A stretch of 63,904 nucleotides of DNA, the filler included, from Octopus bimaculoides (lineage: Eukaryota): NCBI RefSeq assembly GCF_001194135.2. It is 6 parts of 6 records of this genome, joined end to end, with 100 filler letters (N's around TTAATTAATTAA, not from the genome) between each part and the next. Parts side by side here need not be neighbours in the genome. Positions count along the whole stretch, not along the records: positions 47,314 to 52,555 come from NC_069002.1; positions 52,656 to 62,723 come from NC_068997.1; positions 62,824 to 63,904 come from NW_026326083.1; 3 more parts are not named here. One strand, written 5' to 3'. The notes under the pieces are model-generated. The model did no database searches. It saw nothing but the letters and a program-made list of their open reading frames with translations, and was not told the DNA's origin. The position numbers and the translations under genes were made by a program. Shown in pieces: positions 51,062 to 63,904 of the stretch; the stretch's first letter is position 1; each line of letters opens with the position of its first letter.

Positions 51062-51162
51062 ACTTTTTCGTTTTCCCGAACGTCAAACTAATACACATGT
51101 TTGTTGTTCATAGGTTTTCGCCTTTTGTTTTTCTATAAATTTCAACTATATATATAGATATA

Positions 51163-51545
51163 TTCTTTTACTTGTTTCAGTCGTTTGACTGCGGCCATGC
51201 TGGAGCATTGCCTTAAAGGGTTTTAGTCAAAGAAATCGACTGCGGGACTTATGCTTTGTAAGCCTTGTACTTATTCTATCGATCTCTTTTGCCGAACAGC
51301 TAATTTACAGGGACATAAACACACTATCATCAGTTGTCAAGCGATGGTAGGGGACAAACACGCACACACACACATATACACGACGGGCTTCTTTCAGTTT
51401 ACCTCTACCAAATCCACTCACAAGGCCTTGGTCGGCCCGAGGTTATAGTAGAAGACACTTGCCCAAAGTGCCACTCAGTAGGACTGAACCCGGAACCATG
51501 TGGTTAGGAAGCAAGCTTCTTACCACACAGCCACACCTGTGCCTA
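51163..51545 (-). mobile_element. SINE-B, full length
   Basis: Reverse complement of GGTGTGGCTGTGTGGTAAGAAGCTTGCTTCC..CATGGTTCCGGGTTCAGTCC..GGGCAAGTGTCTTCTACTATA..CCAGCATGGCCGCAGTCAAA..CTGAAACAAGTAAAAGA. Confidence 0.93.
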
Positions 51546-51660
51546 TATATATTTCAAAATTGTACTGAAAGAAACAAAAAACGAAACAAGAGGCAAAAGA
51601 CAGACAGGTGAAGGAACAACAAAGATGTATTAGTTTGACGCTGAGAAAATGTGGAAGAGT

Positions 51661-51696
51661 CCTTGACGTTTCGAGCCTTTGCTCTTCTACGGAAAA
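51661..51696 (-). ncRNA. Minimal hammerhead ribozyme-like motif, copy 2 (degenerate core)
   Basis: Minus strand: tttt-CCGTAGA-A-GAGC-aaag-GCTC-GAAA-CGTC-aagg. Confidence 0.5.
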
Positions 51697-52235
51697 GAAT
51701 GAGGAAAGGGAACTGGCGAAGGAGAAAAACGGAGAGGAAAAAACGTGTCTGGATTATACAGGCACACACACAAACACAAATATATTTGAGAGCAGAATAA
51801 AGCAGGAAGTTTGGCTTTTCGAGGACAAATTATGTTCCACACTTGATTGGAATTTGGATACACATGGATTTGCATTTCTAAGCATTGATTAACCGTTGTT
51901 CTTCTTCATTCGAAATAACAATTCTTCAATTTACACACACACACACCGGTTCTCCCCCTCTATCAGATTTCACTCAAATTTCGTGATACCAGTTGAAATA
52001 CATCTTACGGAAGCTGGTGCGATGTAGGAACGAACTTGGAACCACAAGTTAGTGAAACCAAGTGTTTAACCATGCAGTTATGTCTGCAGCAATTTTCTCG
52101 AATTTTCCATTTTGTCTGTAATATCGACAGTTTATTTCCCTAAAATAATAAACAACACAGAATATATAGTGTGTTTTGGAAATGTCTAGTTTAGTTTTAT
52201 TTCCTTAGGGGTATCTAGCATAAGAAAAAAAAAAA

Positions 52236-52275
<40 letters not shown>

Positions 52276-52409
52276 GAAAGTTGCGAATTTTTAAATCCGC
52301 CATACTATTGTTATGACTGTATCTGTATGCTGAGACAATTTCACGCTACTATTACAGTTACAATGGTACAAGCATAAGCAAAAATAGAAGCAATAACCAT
52401 AACAACAAC

Positions 52410-52555
<146 letters not shown>

Positions 52556-52737
52556 NNNNNNNNNNNNNNNNNNNNNNNNNNNNNNNNNNNNNNNNNNNNT
52601 TAATTAATTAANNNNNNNNNNNNNNNNNNNNNNNNNNNNNNNNNNNNNNNNNNNNATATATATATATATATATATATGAGTCTTCTTTATGTTCATATGA
52701 ATGCTTATCTGCATATAAGTAGCACGTTATGAATCCT

Positions 52738-52796
<59 letters not shown>

Positions 52797-53687
52797 AAGA
52801 GAGAGAGTAGGTTTGTGTGTTTATGTGTGTGTGCGCCGGTGGTTGTGTTAATGGAATTTTAACCTCCCTAACTTACTAAATGTCGTCTACAGTTTATATA
52901 CACTAGCAATGCCGGTGGAAATACTAAAGTTTTTGTGGCAACTGTTAATATTTACAGAATCCTGAATGTATATAATCTCTTTTGAAACTTGTTATTGTTT
53001 AAATTGTTCCCATTCTACAACTTGAACTTGAGAGTTGTTATCTAGCTTAGTTTTCGTCAAGATGTGAACAACTTAGCTATGAATCAATGTCCAAGATATA
53101 ACCTACTTATAGTATTATTCTGATACTGAACACAAAGTTGGTGTAGCTTTAAGAAATCTTAACTCACTCTATTACATCCTCATGCAGGTACCTTTAGAGC
53201 ATCTCAGGGAGTGACGGTTGTGCCCTGCATTGCTACGGGCTGCCCTTTGGCAAGGTATAGCCTCCGTTCAGCCATCCTGGGACTGCAGCATGGTGGATTG
53301 TGAAGAGGCAGCGAAAGAGTTCAACTGAGCCAACGGTGCTTCTTACATTAATGCTGAGCAGAAGGATCCCAGGATATCAATGGCTAGGATCACGAAGCTA
53401 TATCAAGAGAGTAACTGTCGCGTAACCAGCTTGTCCTCTCCCTCGAAATTGCTAGTTTAGTGCCTAAAATTGAAGCCAATATATTGTTGGGAGTTTTAAG
53501 GCGACACACCGGTAGAATCATTAACATGCTGGGCAAAATGCTTAACCAACATATCTGTGTCGATCTTACAAATAAATTAAATATAATTTTTAATAGATTA
53601 TGACTTCGATGTGCTTCCATACTTTGGGATGTAAAACAGAAATTCGGTAACCCGATGGAACAAGAAGGTTGTAACATCCTTTTCATT

Positions 53688-53871
53688 ATAGGTACAAGGC
53701 TCGAAATTTTGGAGGGGTGCTAGTCGATTTCATCAATCCCAGTGCTTAACTAGTATTTATTTTCATCGACCGCGCAAGGGTGAAATGCAAAGGCGACCTA
53801 GGCAGCATTTGAATTCAGAACGAACAGACGAACGAAATGCCGGTAAGCTTTTTACTGCCAGCTCGCCACCT
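53688..53871 (-). mobile_element. SINE-A with internal deletion
   Basis: Reverse complement of GGTGGCGAGCTGGCAG..CTGAATTCAAATGCTGCC..GATTGATGAAATCGAC..AAATTTCGAGCCTTGTACCTAT. Confidence 0.85.
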
Positions 53872-55090
53872 TCGTATATTCGTATGTGAGTTTGTTATCC
53901 ATATGAAGCAGCGCCTTAATCTCTTACCAAATCAATTTATATACGAACATCGCTGCTTAATATACATATTACATTAATATGCATAAATCATACTCAAAAA
54001 CAAACGCATAGACGGGATTTGAGAATGAAGAGAATCTGGAGACAGTTACTCGACCTGTTTGAAATAGCAGCTAAATCCTCCTCATATCGAACGTTATTGG
54101 CATAGCACAGGAAGGTCACAAAGGTCAAGGTAATATTAGATGCATTTTGGTTATTCCTGATACATTTCTCTTCTCTCCCTACGTGACCGGTGTTCGGCCA
54201 AGCCTGACCTTTCTTTCTTAGTTCTGCCGCCGTACGTGCACCATCTTTATTCCTCCCTGTGCCTCTGAAATGTTGTATCCCTGCCGTAAGGCTTTGCTTC
54301 CACACACGCCAGCTTAATTTAATTCGTCCTTAGTCGAAAGACACCTGTTGTTATGTCCTGTCATTTGTATTTGTGTAACATTCTCCGTTTTATTCCGTCC
54401 TTGCTTTCGTATACATTCGCTGCTTTCTTCCAAGGATTCTAATGCTCTTAGCTTAGTTTTTCCATGGGGCTGGCTAGATTCGCGCAATCTTGAGTATAAT
54501 CAGCAAATTGCAAAGATAATCTTGAAGCCGACCGAGGAAAGAAAACTCCGAATGACCCGTCCTTGTTTTTTTTGTATCGTCTATCTGGATGTTTTGTTTT
54601 CCCGTTTTTGTATCACCTGTCTGGATGTTTTGCGTTCTTGTCCCATNNNNNNNNNNNNNNNNNNNNNNNNNNNNNNNNNNNNNNNNNNNNNNNNNNNNNN
54701 NNNNNNNNNNNNNNNNNNNNNNNNNNNNNNNNNNNNNNNNNNNNNNNNNNNNNGTTTAAATATATTTGTAACAGATTTCGATTTCTAAAGGCAACATTTC
54801 GTTAAAGTACGACGTTGAATCGGCCCAGAGTTACCTCACTTCGTTATTTCCAAATGGGGAAGGCTAAAGAGCTAGAAAAGCTGCGTATGCGTATCCGATA
54901 GGAAGAAGTACTAGGGCAAATATGGTGTTTTCACACTTTTTACCATAAGAAACAATTTCTTTTCTCCAGAGTAACTTATGTGAATTTGCTTTAGAAGTTG
55001 ATATATGCCATAAACATATTTGAAGTAACGCAAGTTGACACACCCACACGCACACACACACACACACACACACATACACACACACACATT

Positions 55091-55430
55091 TGTTTCCCAT
55101 CAACATGGTTCCGGGTTCAGTCCCACTGCGTGGCACCTTCGCAAGTGTCTTCTTCTATTGCCACGGACCAACCAATGCCTTGTGAGTAGATTTGGTAGAC
55201 AGAAACTAAGAGAAGCCCGTAGTATATTTAAATATATGTGTTTTTGTGTCTGCGTTTGTGCCCCCCATTACCGCTTGACAACCGCTGTAAGTGTGTTTAC
55301 GTCCCCGTAAGTTAGCGGTTCTGTAAAAGTGACTGATAGAATATCTAGTAGACTTACGAAATAAGCGACGAAAACCCTTCAAGGTGGTGCTCCAGCATGA
55401 CCGCAGTCAAATAACTGAAACAAGTAAAAA
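55091..55430 (+). mobile_element. SINE-B, near full length
   Basis: CATGGTTCCGGGTTCAGTCCCACTGCGTGGCACC..GGATTTGGTAGAC-like..GCTTGACAACCG..GGTGCTCCAGCATGACCGCAGTCAAA..GAAACAAGTAAAA. Confidence 0.92.
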
Positions 55431-55449
55431 AATAAAAAATATATATATA

Positions 55450-55585
55450 TATAGAGAGAGAGAGGGGGTGAGAGAGAGAGAAAGAGAGAGAAAGAGAGAG
55501 AAGGAGAGAGAGAAAGAGAAAGAGAGAGAGAGAGTGAGAGATAGAAAGAGAGAGAAAGAGAGTGAGAGTGAGAGACAGGGAGAGT

Positions 55586-55627
<42 letters not shown>

Positions 55628-55665
55628 TAGAGAGATAGAGATAGAGAGAGAAAGAGAGAGAGAAT
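55450..55665. repeat. Degenerate (GA)n microsatellite
   Basis: Direct inspection. Confidence 0.95.
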
Positions 55666-56117
55666 ATCAATATCATGGTCGCAGATTCGTAGATGAATGA
55701 GTTACGGAAGACTTGATATTTTTGATATTACAAAAATATGTAGATATACGTTCGGCTGAATTTGAGGATGTAAAAATATGCTTCGGAAATTTGTGGGTTT
55801 ATATTTGATTAAAATACGCGGCATTTTCCGCACCCAGAAAGTAATATACATTAAAAATCTAACAATGAGCGAATGTGCACAGTCAATGTTATTATACTAT
55901 GAAGAAAGAAGTACATATCAGTCTTTCGGATAAAGATAGACAAATTTTAGAGCATATTTTAGAGGCGTGAGAAAGCAAATAGTTTATGGCAGACGTTACA
56001 TTGTTGGCAGGCGTGTTAGTGTTGGTGATGTGATGCAAGAATTAGATGTGTAAGTTTGTGTGAGAGTTTGTAAGAGTAGACAGTGTGCAGACACTGAACG
56101 TATATAAGCGAGGATAA

Positions 56118-56177
<60 letters not shown>

Positions 56178-57136
56178 CGTAATTGAAATACTAACGTCTT
56201 AATGCGAATGTAACAGTTTGCTATTAAGTGTACGTTTGGACGCTTATCACCGTGGTTTTTGTTCGACTGTTATTAATGGAAAAGCTAGACGATTATTCAC
56301 AACTCGGAGATGGATGATGCTGTTTGTAAACGAAAAGTAAGTGTTGTTCACGAAGAAATCGTTTCAGGAGTTCTATGATGCTGTGAGATACTACATCCAT
56401 TGATATATGGCTTGGATTTCTCTATTATTCTCGACTTGAATTTATGTGGTGTGGAGTTGGTCTTCAAACGTCATACGTGGCTATCCAACTTACTGACATT
56501 ACTTTTGTCAATGTGCCGGAAAGAAGATAACTGGTTTGCATAACGGTTTTTGAAATCGCCTTCGCATAGCCTGTAAAGTTATCTTGAAGTGTTGCTATTA
56601 CTTCAACCTCATGTACGATACAATTTATCATATACGCCATATCAAGACCTCAGCGTCTCGACACTTACCGCCGGGAGTGAGCTCTTGGTGATGTTTACGA
56701 GTTATAATGTTCTTTCTATTGGGGAAGATCCAAGAAATGAAACATGCATATTAGGAAGACCACATATTCTTCTCATATCCAAGAATCCCATCAAAGTGTT
56801 TAATTCCAGATCTGAAATTTTAGAGGAGCAAACAAGAACTGATTTCTTTTGTCGAAGTGGAAGACACCACCCACTCCAGATTGAGTTATTCCATCACAGA
56901 CTTTGCAATCTTTTCTATTATATTGCTTTGTACCAGCTACATTAATTGTGGTTTCTGCATTCAGGGAAGACACTCGCATACAGATACAAACCTCTATGTG
57001 TTTATGTTTGTATATTTCACTCACAAGGCTTTACTCAGCCGGGGCTATAGTAGAAGGTACTTTCCTGAGCTACCGCCAAGTGGAAGTGAAACTGAAACCA
57101 CGTGATATTACAAAGCGAGGTTCTTAACCTCACAGT

Positions 57137-57212
<76 letters not shown>

Positions 57213-57369
57213 TTGTCTCTCCGGTAAACTCGTGATGTATAAACGGATGAAGTGATGCCGCATGTGACGATGAGTCTGTAGCGACTTCATATAAGTCTGA
57301 GGACTCAAAATACAGTGGGCTTACGTGTATGTGTGCGTGAGTTTGTATGTTTGTGTATGTGTGTGTGTG

Positions 57370-57428
<59 letters not shown>

Positions 57429-58112
57429 GTGTGTGAGTGAGTGAGTGTATGTGCCTATGTGTGCACCCGCTAGCATTATAAGGCCATATGATTTTAAAAA
57501 GTCAAATCACTTGTCTACAATATTATAGAGATAGTTTATATCAATCAAGGAAATTTGAAACGGCATCATTGTTTTCTCTACCCACAAATGTTGGCTTACG
57601 ACGTCGACATATTTTGTTGGGAATGGTACAGTTGAAAAATTACTCCTGCTATGTCTGATGAATATATGCTCGCACTCTAAATATGTGCGAGAAAATAAGA
57701 ATTGTCAAGTTTTGAAATTACGGCTGAGAAATTACGGTGCGAAATAAATCTTGGAAGATGTTTAGTTCAAGTTTTTGTATTTGGTTTTACAATGTTCTTG
57801 ATGTGAATCTCTCGTGTGCTGAAACAAACCTTATTGTGTTCGAAAGGCTTGCCTTGATGAGCGTGTGCATGTCTTTGATAAAGTCGCGAATAACGACGAA
57901 AGGTCTTTGGTAAGCAAACAACCGATTGTCTGTTTAACCAACACATTAAACAAACGATCGATTAATTAGTTACTTAGATATTTAAGCGATCAACTAACAA
58001 TAAAGAAGTGATAGTGAACTACCAGTGCGTGTTTTATTTTTAATATTTTTATTGACGTACTGTCACTCAGAACAAGATTAGTACAAAGCTCTGCCAATAT
58101 TAAAAACACATG

Positions 58113-58328
58113 CAAGGCGGTGATCTGGCATAATTGTTAGCACGCCGGACAAACTGCTTAGCGGCATTTCGTCCGTATTTACGTTCTGAGTTAAAATTTT
58201 ACCGAGTCTGACTTTGCCTTTTTTCTTATCGAGGTCTATATAATAAGCAATAGTTGAGCACGGGGTTGATGCAATAAACTTATGTCCTTCCCCAACATTG
58301 CTGGCCTTGTGCCAAAATTCGAAACCAG
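58113..58328 (+). mobile_element. SINE-A, full length
   Basis: AAGGCGGTGATCTGGCATAATTGTTAGCACGCCGG...TTGCTGGCCTTGTGCCAAAATTCGAAACC. Confidence 0.9.
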
Positions 58329-58743
58329 TATTAAATATCCATGAATGATATATATGCTATGGTCTTGTTTCACAATTTGAAATCATTAATACATTTCCTT
58401 ATATTATATGTTAATACATGAGATTCTCACGTCGACGTCTGCTCTTATAATTGGGATTTACATGAACGTATGTGTGGATACGTACGTGTGTATATATGTA
58501 TATATGCATACACATATTCACACAGAGGCAAACATACATATTCACGCATATGTCCATTTAAAATACTGGAAAACAACTGCAAATTGAGTCCCTAAGGGGC
58601 CTAATAGATCTTCAAGAATTGTCGACCAGATCTTCCACCGGTTATTGTCATGGACAAAATTATAAAAACGGACAGGTTGGCCACAGACGGGACGCATTTG
58701 GTGACAGTACTCCCTGATATCTGCATATATATATATAGGTACA

Positions 58744-58794
<51 letters not shown>

Positions 58795-58796
<2 letters not shown>

Positions 58797-58863
58797 CAAA
58801 TATTCTCAAGTTTCACTGGTCCCACTCCCGAACTATATGGCCGCTATATTGACGACTGTTTCG
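58795..58863 (+). mobile_element. Penelope-type RT catalytic-motif fragment
   Basis: AQIFSSFTGPTPELYGRYIDDCF; the x-RYIDD-x-F context is typical of PLE RT motif C. Confidence 0.6.
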
Positions 58864-58877
58864 ATTATTATTATTAT

Positions 58878-61186
58878 CATTGATTTGATTCAGGTTCGTT
58901 CCTATTGTGTGGGTAGCAGGTTAATGTCCCTAACCTTAGATATCCACAATCTTTCAATAGTCTTTCAAGTGCTTAAGACTCTCCTGATAATGTTTCCTGC
59001 ACCTAAGAGGGAAACTTTCTGTAGACACTCTACCGAGCATTCTATTCCAATCTCCTTCAACCATTTGTCTATATTTTTGCTTACAGGTTCCAGTGTACCA
59101 ATTATTACAGGCACAACGTTTACAATTTTCATATTTCAAATTCTTGTAATTCCAAATTGTAAAGGATTGCATTTTTTCTTTTGCTTTTTTTTTTGTCTTT
59201 TTTTCGTTAAGATCCGGGAATCAAACGTTCATGATAAGTCAATTAATAGGAAACTTCGCTTTCCCTTGTCTATTATTGTCATATCCGGTGTATTATTTTC
59301 TAGCTTCTTGTCCATTTGAATAGGAAAGTTCCACAGAATCTTACAATTCTGCGACTCCGGCACTCGTTCAGCGCGATGTTCCTTCCGTGTATCTCCAGAT
59401 TTAAATCCCTATTTCTGGCAAAGCCTCCAGTGTAAAACTTTTGCTACTTGGTCATGTCTTCATTTCTTATATTCTTACTGTGTCAACTTAGGGTATTCTG
59501 CCACTGTTCCACAGTTCCAAAGATTCTATATTTTTCTGACACATTCACCACATTTCCTCTCAAGTTGTTTGCTTTTATCGTTTGATCCTGGGCTGCTATA
59601 ATTTGGCTCCTGGTTAATTTTTTTTAATTGCCATTTTTTGTTAACCAAGCCCAAGATTTTGTTCCACTACATCTTCAGTGACTTTCCAAATTTGACGATG
59701 CAGGGTTTTCTCTTCAATTTGTCTAACGTGCTCTCTTTGAATTTCATTCTTGTTCTTTTCTCCTATTCCACACTTGATCTTCTGTTCCTTATTCACCGTC
59801 TTTAACAGTTACTCTGTACTGTTCTGTAAATATCCTAATAGGCTTTTTTTGTTTTCATCTGTACACACTCTTCCACAGCAATTAGGCCTCTTCCTTCTTG
59901 CTCTTTCAGGTACAGCCAATTTATACCAGCTTTCGAATGGTGGGCTCCATACATTGTCAACAGCTTTCTAGGTTTTTTATTAAGTTTCTGTATGTTGTTT
60001 TTTGATCCACTCAACAATAACAACTCATTATCTGGTTAGAGGTATGGCTCTTGCATTTATTGCTTCAATAACAATTTTTGCATTTAACTTTGGTTGCAAT
60101 AATTTTCTCACTCTCCTTGTATACTCTCTACTAGTAATTTGATTCATTTCTTTATATTTATTTCATCTGCTTCTAGTATTCCCCAATACTTATACCACTG
60201 TCCTTTCGCAACCGCTTTCATTGTTTTCCCATTTGGCATTTCAATTCTCTGGCTTCCTTCAAATTTCCTTGTTTCATTTTCAACATAGCACACTTTTCGA
60301 TCCTAAATTCCATACCTACGTTATTTGAAAAAAGTGCGAACAATAAGCATGATTTGCAAACGGTTTCTAATATTTGCGGATAAATCTTTATATCATCTGC
60401 AAGAAAGAGATGATTTATCTGACCATAGCATTTTCCCCAAACAGAGCGGTATCATGGCTAATACAAATAATAGTGGAGATAAACTATCACCTTGAAATAT
60501 TCCACATTTGATGTTCACTTTTCCAAGTCTTTGTTTTCCTCCTATCAATTCAGTATTCCAATGCTTCATACATTCATTAACCATTTTCTCCATATTTTCA
60601 GCCAATCCACACATGCTCACTGTTTTACTTATCCAACTGTGCAGTACCAGGACATATGCATTTTTGCTAATCTAACCTTGCTACTTTCAGTCCCTTCAAT
60701 CCGCATCTACAAGTTTTAGTTATCATCTTATCAACTAATAAGTAGTCTTTTGTTATCCTTCTTTATTTTCTACGTCCTTTCTACTCTTCTAGAAGTAGAT
60801 TGTTACTTTCTAGATGATTATATAGCTTTTCCGCCAAGACGCAAGTCATAAGCTTCCACATAAATCGTAAACAGGTTATAGGACGAAAATTTGATACCAT
60901 GTTACCTTTAAAGCTATACTTGAGACATAACAGCATTTGTCAACTTGTCATTCAGGTGAGGAGGTGACCATGCTCCAGGCATTCAACCAGTTGTGCATCG
61001 ATCCTTTCATGAAACTGTGTAAAGTTCTTGAGCCTTGTCCACCATCCGGTTCAGGTCCTTTCCAATTTGCTATTTTTTGAAACTTCAGTCTCACTGTATA
61101 TAGATTAATTCTGATATACTTTTGTCTTGGCAGAGTTTCAAGTTATCTTTCTACTTGTGTTAGCCACTCTGCATTTTCTTTATGTA
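58878..61186 (-). mobile_element. 5'-truncated R4/Dong-like family 2 element (RT through RLE), decayed
   Basis: HKENAEWL..KIANWKGPEPDG, KCGIFQGDSLSPLLFVLAMIPL, NHLFLADDIKIY, YKYWGILE, HHSKAGINWLYL..GRGL, VVPVIIGTL..LQKVSLLGAGNIIRRVL. The 3' end abuts (TTA)n at 58863-58877. Confidence 0.92.
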
Positions 61187-61194
61187 AATTTCAT

Positions 61195-61266
<72 letters not shown>

Positions 61267-61274
61267 GTGCGTGC

Positions 61275-61312
<38 letters not shown>

Positions 61313-61317
61313 ATGAA

Positions 61318-61354
<37 letters not shown>

Positions 61355-61504
61355 NNNNNNNNNNNNNNNNNNNNNNNNNNNNNNNNNNNNNNNNNNNNNN
61401 NNNNNNNNNNNNNNNNNNNNNNNNNNNNNNNNNNNNNNNNNNNNNNNNNNNNNNNNNNNNNNNNNNNNNNNNNNNNNNNNNNNNNNNNNNNNNNNNNNNN
61501 NNNN

Positions 61505-61680
61505 TGTATCGGTCTCTTTAGTCAAACTGCTAAGTTACAAGAACGTAAGCACACTATCAGCGGTTGTGAAACGATGATGGTAGTGGTGGTACAAACACAC
61601 GCGCACGCAAATACATTCTTACATACATAATACATACCTACATACATACAAATATATATATATATATATCTATATATATA

Positions 61681-61751
<71 letters not shown>

Positions 61752-61915
61752 GATGAGCTTCTTTCCCTTTTCGTCTACCAAATCCACTCAGAAGGCTTTG
61801 GACGGCCCGAGGCTATAGTAGATGACACTTGCCCAAGGTGCCACGCAGTAGGACTGAACCTGGAACTATGTAGTTGGAAAACAAGCTTCCTACCACAAAG
61901 CCACGCCTGCACCTA
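61505..61915 (-). mobile_element. SINE-B with expanded internal microsatellite
   Basis: CTACCAAATCCACTCA..GGCCCGAGGCTATAGTAGATGACACTTGCCCAAGGTGCCACGCAGTAGGACTGAACC..AAGCCACGCCTGCACCTA. Confidence 0.88.
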
Positions 61916-62086
61916 TGTCAGTCTAGAAAAAAAATTACTAATGAAAGAAGCACAAGCGTATGTTAGAAATGAAGTCAGGAAATTGAGTGGGAGGAGCCCC
62001 TCCCAGAAATGGCTTAAGATAAAATTTTATCTATATATATACGTTTGTATAAGGTTAAATATATATATATATATATGGGGGGGGGG

Positions 62087-62156
<70 letters not shown>

Positions 62157-62454
62157 CAATATTTGCATATATATATTTGTGTGTCTGTCTAATAGTGACA
62201 GACAGTGGGGAAAGTGAGGCGATATCGATAGATATATATATATTCTTATACATGTACATACACACATATGCATACACAAAAGTATATTTTTATACCTGTA
62301 TACATGCGATGAAACATATTTACAAAATTAAAATTGAACTTGGTTTTTCGAAGATCCGACGAACACAATAAAGGAAATCACAAGACTTCACAGCATAATT
62401 TCTTATTCCATTACCATTTTTATTTCTTATACATACATTCAAATATACATAGCT

Positions 62455-62490
<36 letters not shown>

Positions 62491-62578
62491 AAGAATATAC
62501 AAAAAATAACAACAGACGAGGACAGGTGGTGTAAATAACAAAAGGATATATTAGTATGACGCTCGGGAATACGGAAAG

Positions 62579-62615
62579 TCTTTGACGTTTCGAGCTACGC
62601 TCTTCAACAGAAAGA
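62579..62615 (-). ncRNA. Minimal hammerhead ribozyme-like motif, copy 3 (best preserved)
   Basis: Minus strand: tcttt-CTGTTGA-A-GAGC-gta-GCTC-GAAA-CGTC-aaaga. 5-bp stem I, 4-bp stem II, loopless palindromic stem III (ACGT), GUC cleavage triplet. Confidence 0.7.
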
Positions 62616-62823
62616 ATACGGAGACAAGGAGAAAAACACGGAGAAAAAAAATTGAATAGTATTCAGTCAACGGTCAATCATAATAATGGCCGATCATAAC
62701 AATGGCTGACCGGAAGTTAGAAANNNNNNNNNNNNNNNNNNNNNNNNNNNNNNNNNNNNNNNNNNNNTTAATTAATTAANNNNNNNNNNNNNNNNNNNNN
62801 NNNNNNNNNNNNNNNNNNNNNNN

Positions 62824-62854
<31 letters not shown>

Positions 62855-62949
62855 ATATATGCATACATACATACATACATACATACCTACATACATACAT
62901 ACATATTTAATGACACCAAAATTCTATCATGAATACAAGTGGGCGAGAT

Positions 62950-63290
62950 GGGGGTCGTCCGCTCTGTCTTTTGAGTAGCGTTACTTGGTAGAATGCGAGG
63001 CTTGGAGAACAGTGATGATCCAAGTAGAGGTACTACCTGTCCAAATCGAGAGATTATATCTCCGACACTACGGGCATGTGTTAAAGATGTCTCGGGAAAG
63101 AATTGCTAGACACGTTCTACGAGCAAGAACAATCGGCAAGAGGAGTACATGAGAACGATAGTTCGGTAACATACGCAAATTCCGTTGGTCTCCCATGAAG
63201 ATTCAGCTGGATCAATTTGACGTCGGTTGCTCCTGACAAGACCCGATGGCCCGATAGGAGTTGTCCTCCACTAGTCTCCCCAACGACTCT
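62950..63290 (+). mobile_element. RTE-clade LINE 3' fragment
   Basis: LRHYGHVLKMSRERIARHVLRARTIGKR..*..FGNI..APDKTRW, matching the RTE C-terminal pattern LR-x-x-GHV-x-RM...GKR-x-RGRP...A-x-DR-x-x-W. Confidence 0.7.
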
Positions 63291-63904
63291 TTCAACAATA
63301 ATTGGACGGGACTATATGTGTGTGTATGAGTATATATGTGTGTATGTGTGCATATATACGGTATTTTATGTGAAATCTGTGGCATATGAATAAAGACAAA
63401 TAATAAAATATTTTGCATACGTATATACATTGCATGGAATATTTCTTTGTTTATAAAACCTTCAAAGTTCGGATCATCGTTTACATTTATAGCATAACAT
63501 ATCAACGTTGCTCTTATTAAATTACAATTCCAGAGATATGATAAGTATGGGAGTCATATTAACTGTCTTTGTTCAGCACAATGGTAATTGATTGTGGAAT
63601 TGGCATGAGCTACACATTAAATTAAACCCTCTGTTGGCAATTTCTCTGCCGTAATAACATTTGGAAACAATTTAAGCAGAGATACTAGAATAGTTTGATT
63701 GAATAGCGAATAATTCATAAGTATAATCAGTTTATGTTCAGTTAGAGCAACGATTGCTATTTCACTTGCTACAGTAGTAACGTTAAATATGGTACATTAG
63801 CGATCATGATTTACATTCTACACAGAAGCACGAATACACTCACACATTATATATACACACAAACATACGTGTGTGTGTAGAAGTGTGTGTAAGTACGAGT
63901 ATAT

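Noticed and set aside
54525-54560. CCGAGGA-A..CTCC-GAAT hammerhead-like string
   Set aside because: Core and stem II register are inconsistent; too degenerate to call.
57655-57694. CTGATGA...7-bp hairpin...GAAA hammerhead look-alike
   Set aside because: Stem II does not start after A9 (7-nt spacer, A:A at 10.1/11.1), and no stem I or III can be formed.

Overview
This is repeat-saturated, AT-rich eukaryotic intergenic or intronic DNA from a gapped short-read scaffold. The SINE types and microsatellite load point to an Octopus (coleoid cephalopod) genome; this is inferred, not proven. I find no intact protein-coding gene, rRNA, tRNA or CRISPR array, and almost all listed ORFs are microsatellite or N-gap artefacts. 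The window holds about 28 copies or fragments of a tRNA-derived SINE ending in (ATT)n (SINE-A), about 9 of a second SINE carrying an internal (GT)n (SINE-B), and two other tRNA-headed SINEs. It also holds decayed retrotransposons of four kinds: R4/Dong-like restriction-like-endonuclease (RLE) elements (8 minus-strand pieces plus one divergent plus-strand piece), a Tx1/L1-type APE+RT element, an RTE fragment, and Penelope-like (PLE) GIY-YIG and RT fragments. The most interesting signals are: (1) three PLE-type minimal hammerhead ribozyme motifs that share a non-canonical U at core position 6; (2) a polarised (TTA)n microsatellite ecosystem in which SINE-A and Dong-like elements sit in opposite orientations; (3) a roughly 540-bp candidate non-autonomous Dong-polarity element; (4) 3'-tail homology between SINE-A and Tx1-type LINEs; (5) a 48-58-bp near-perfect hairpin; and (6) minus-strand exon-like segments whose fibrinogen-domain-like translation is broken by stop codons. 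All family assignments come from motifs read by eye, with no database search.
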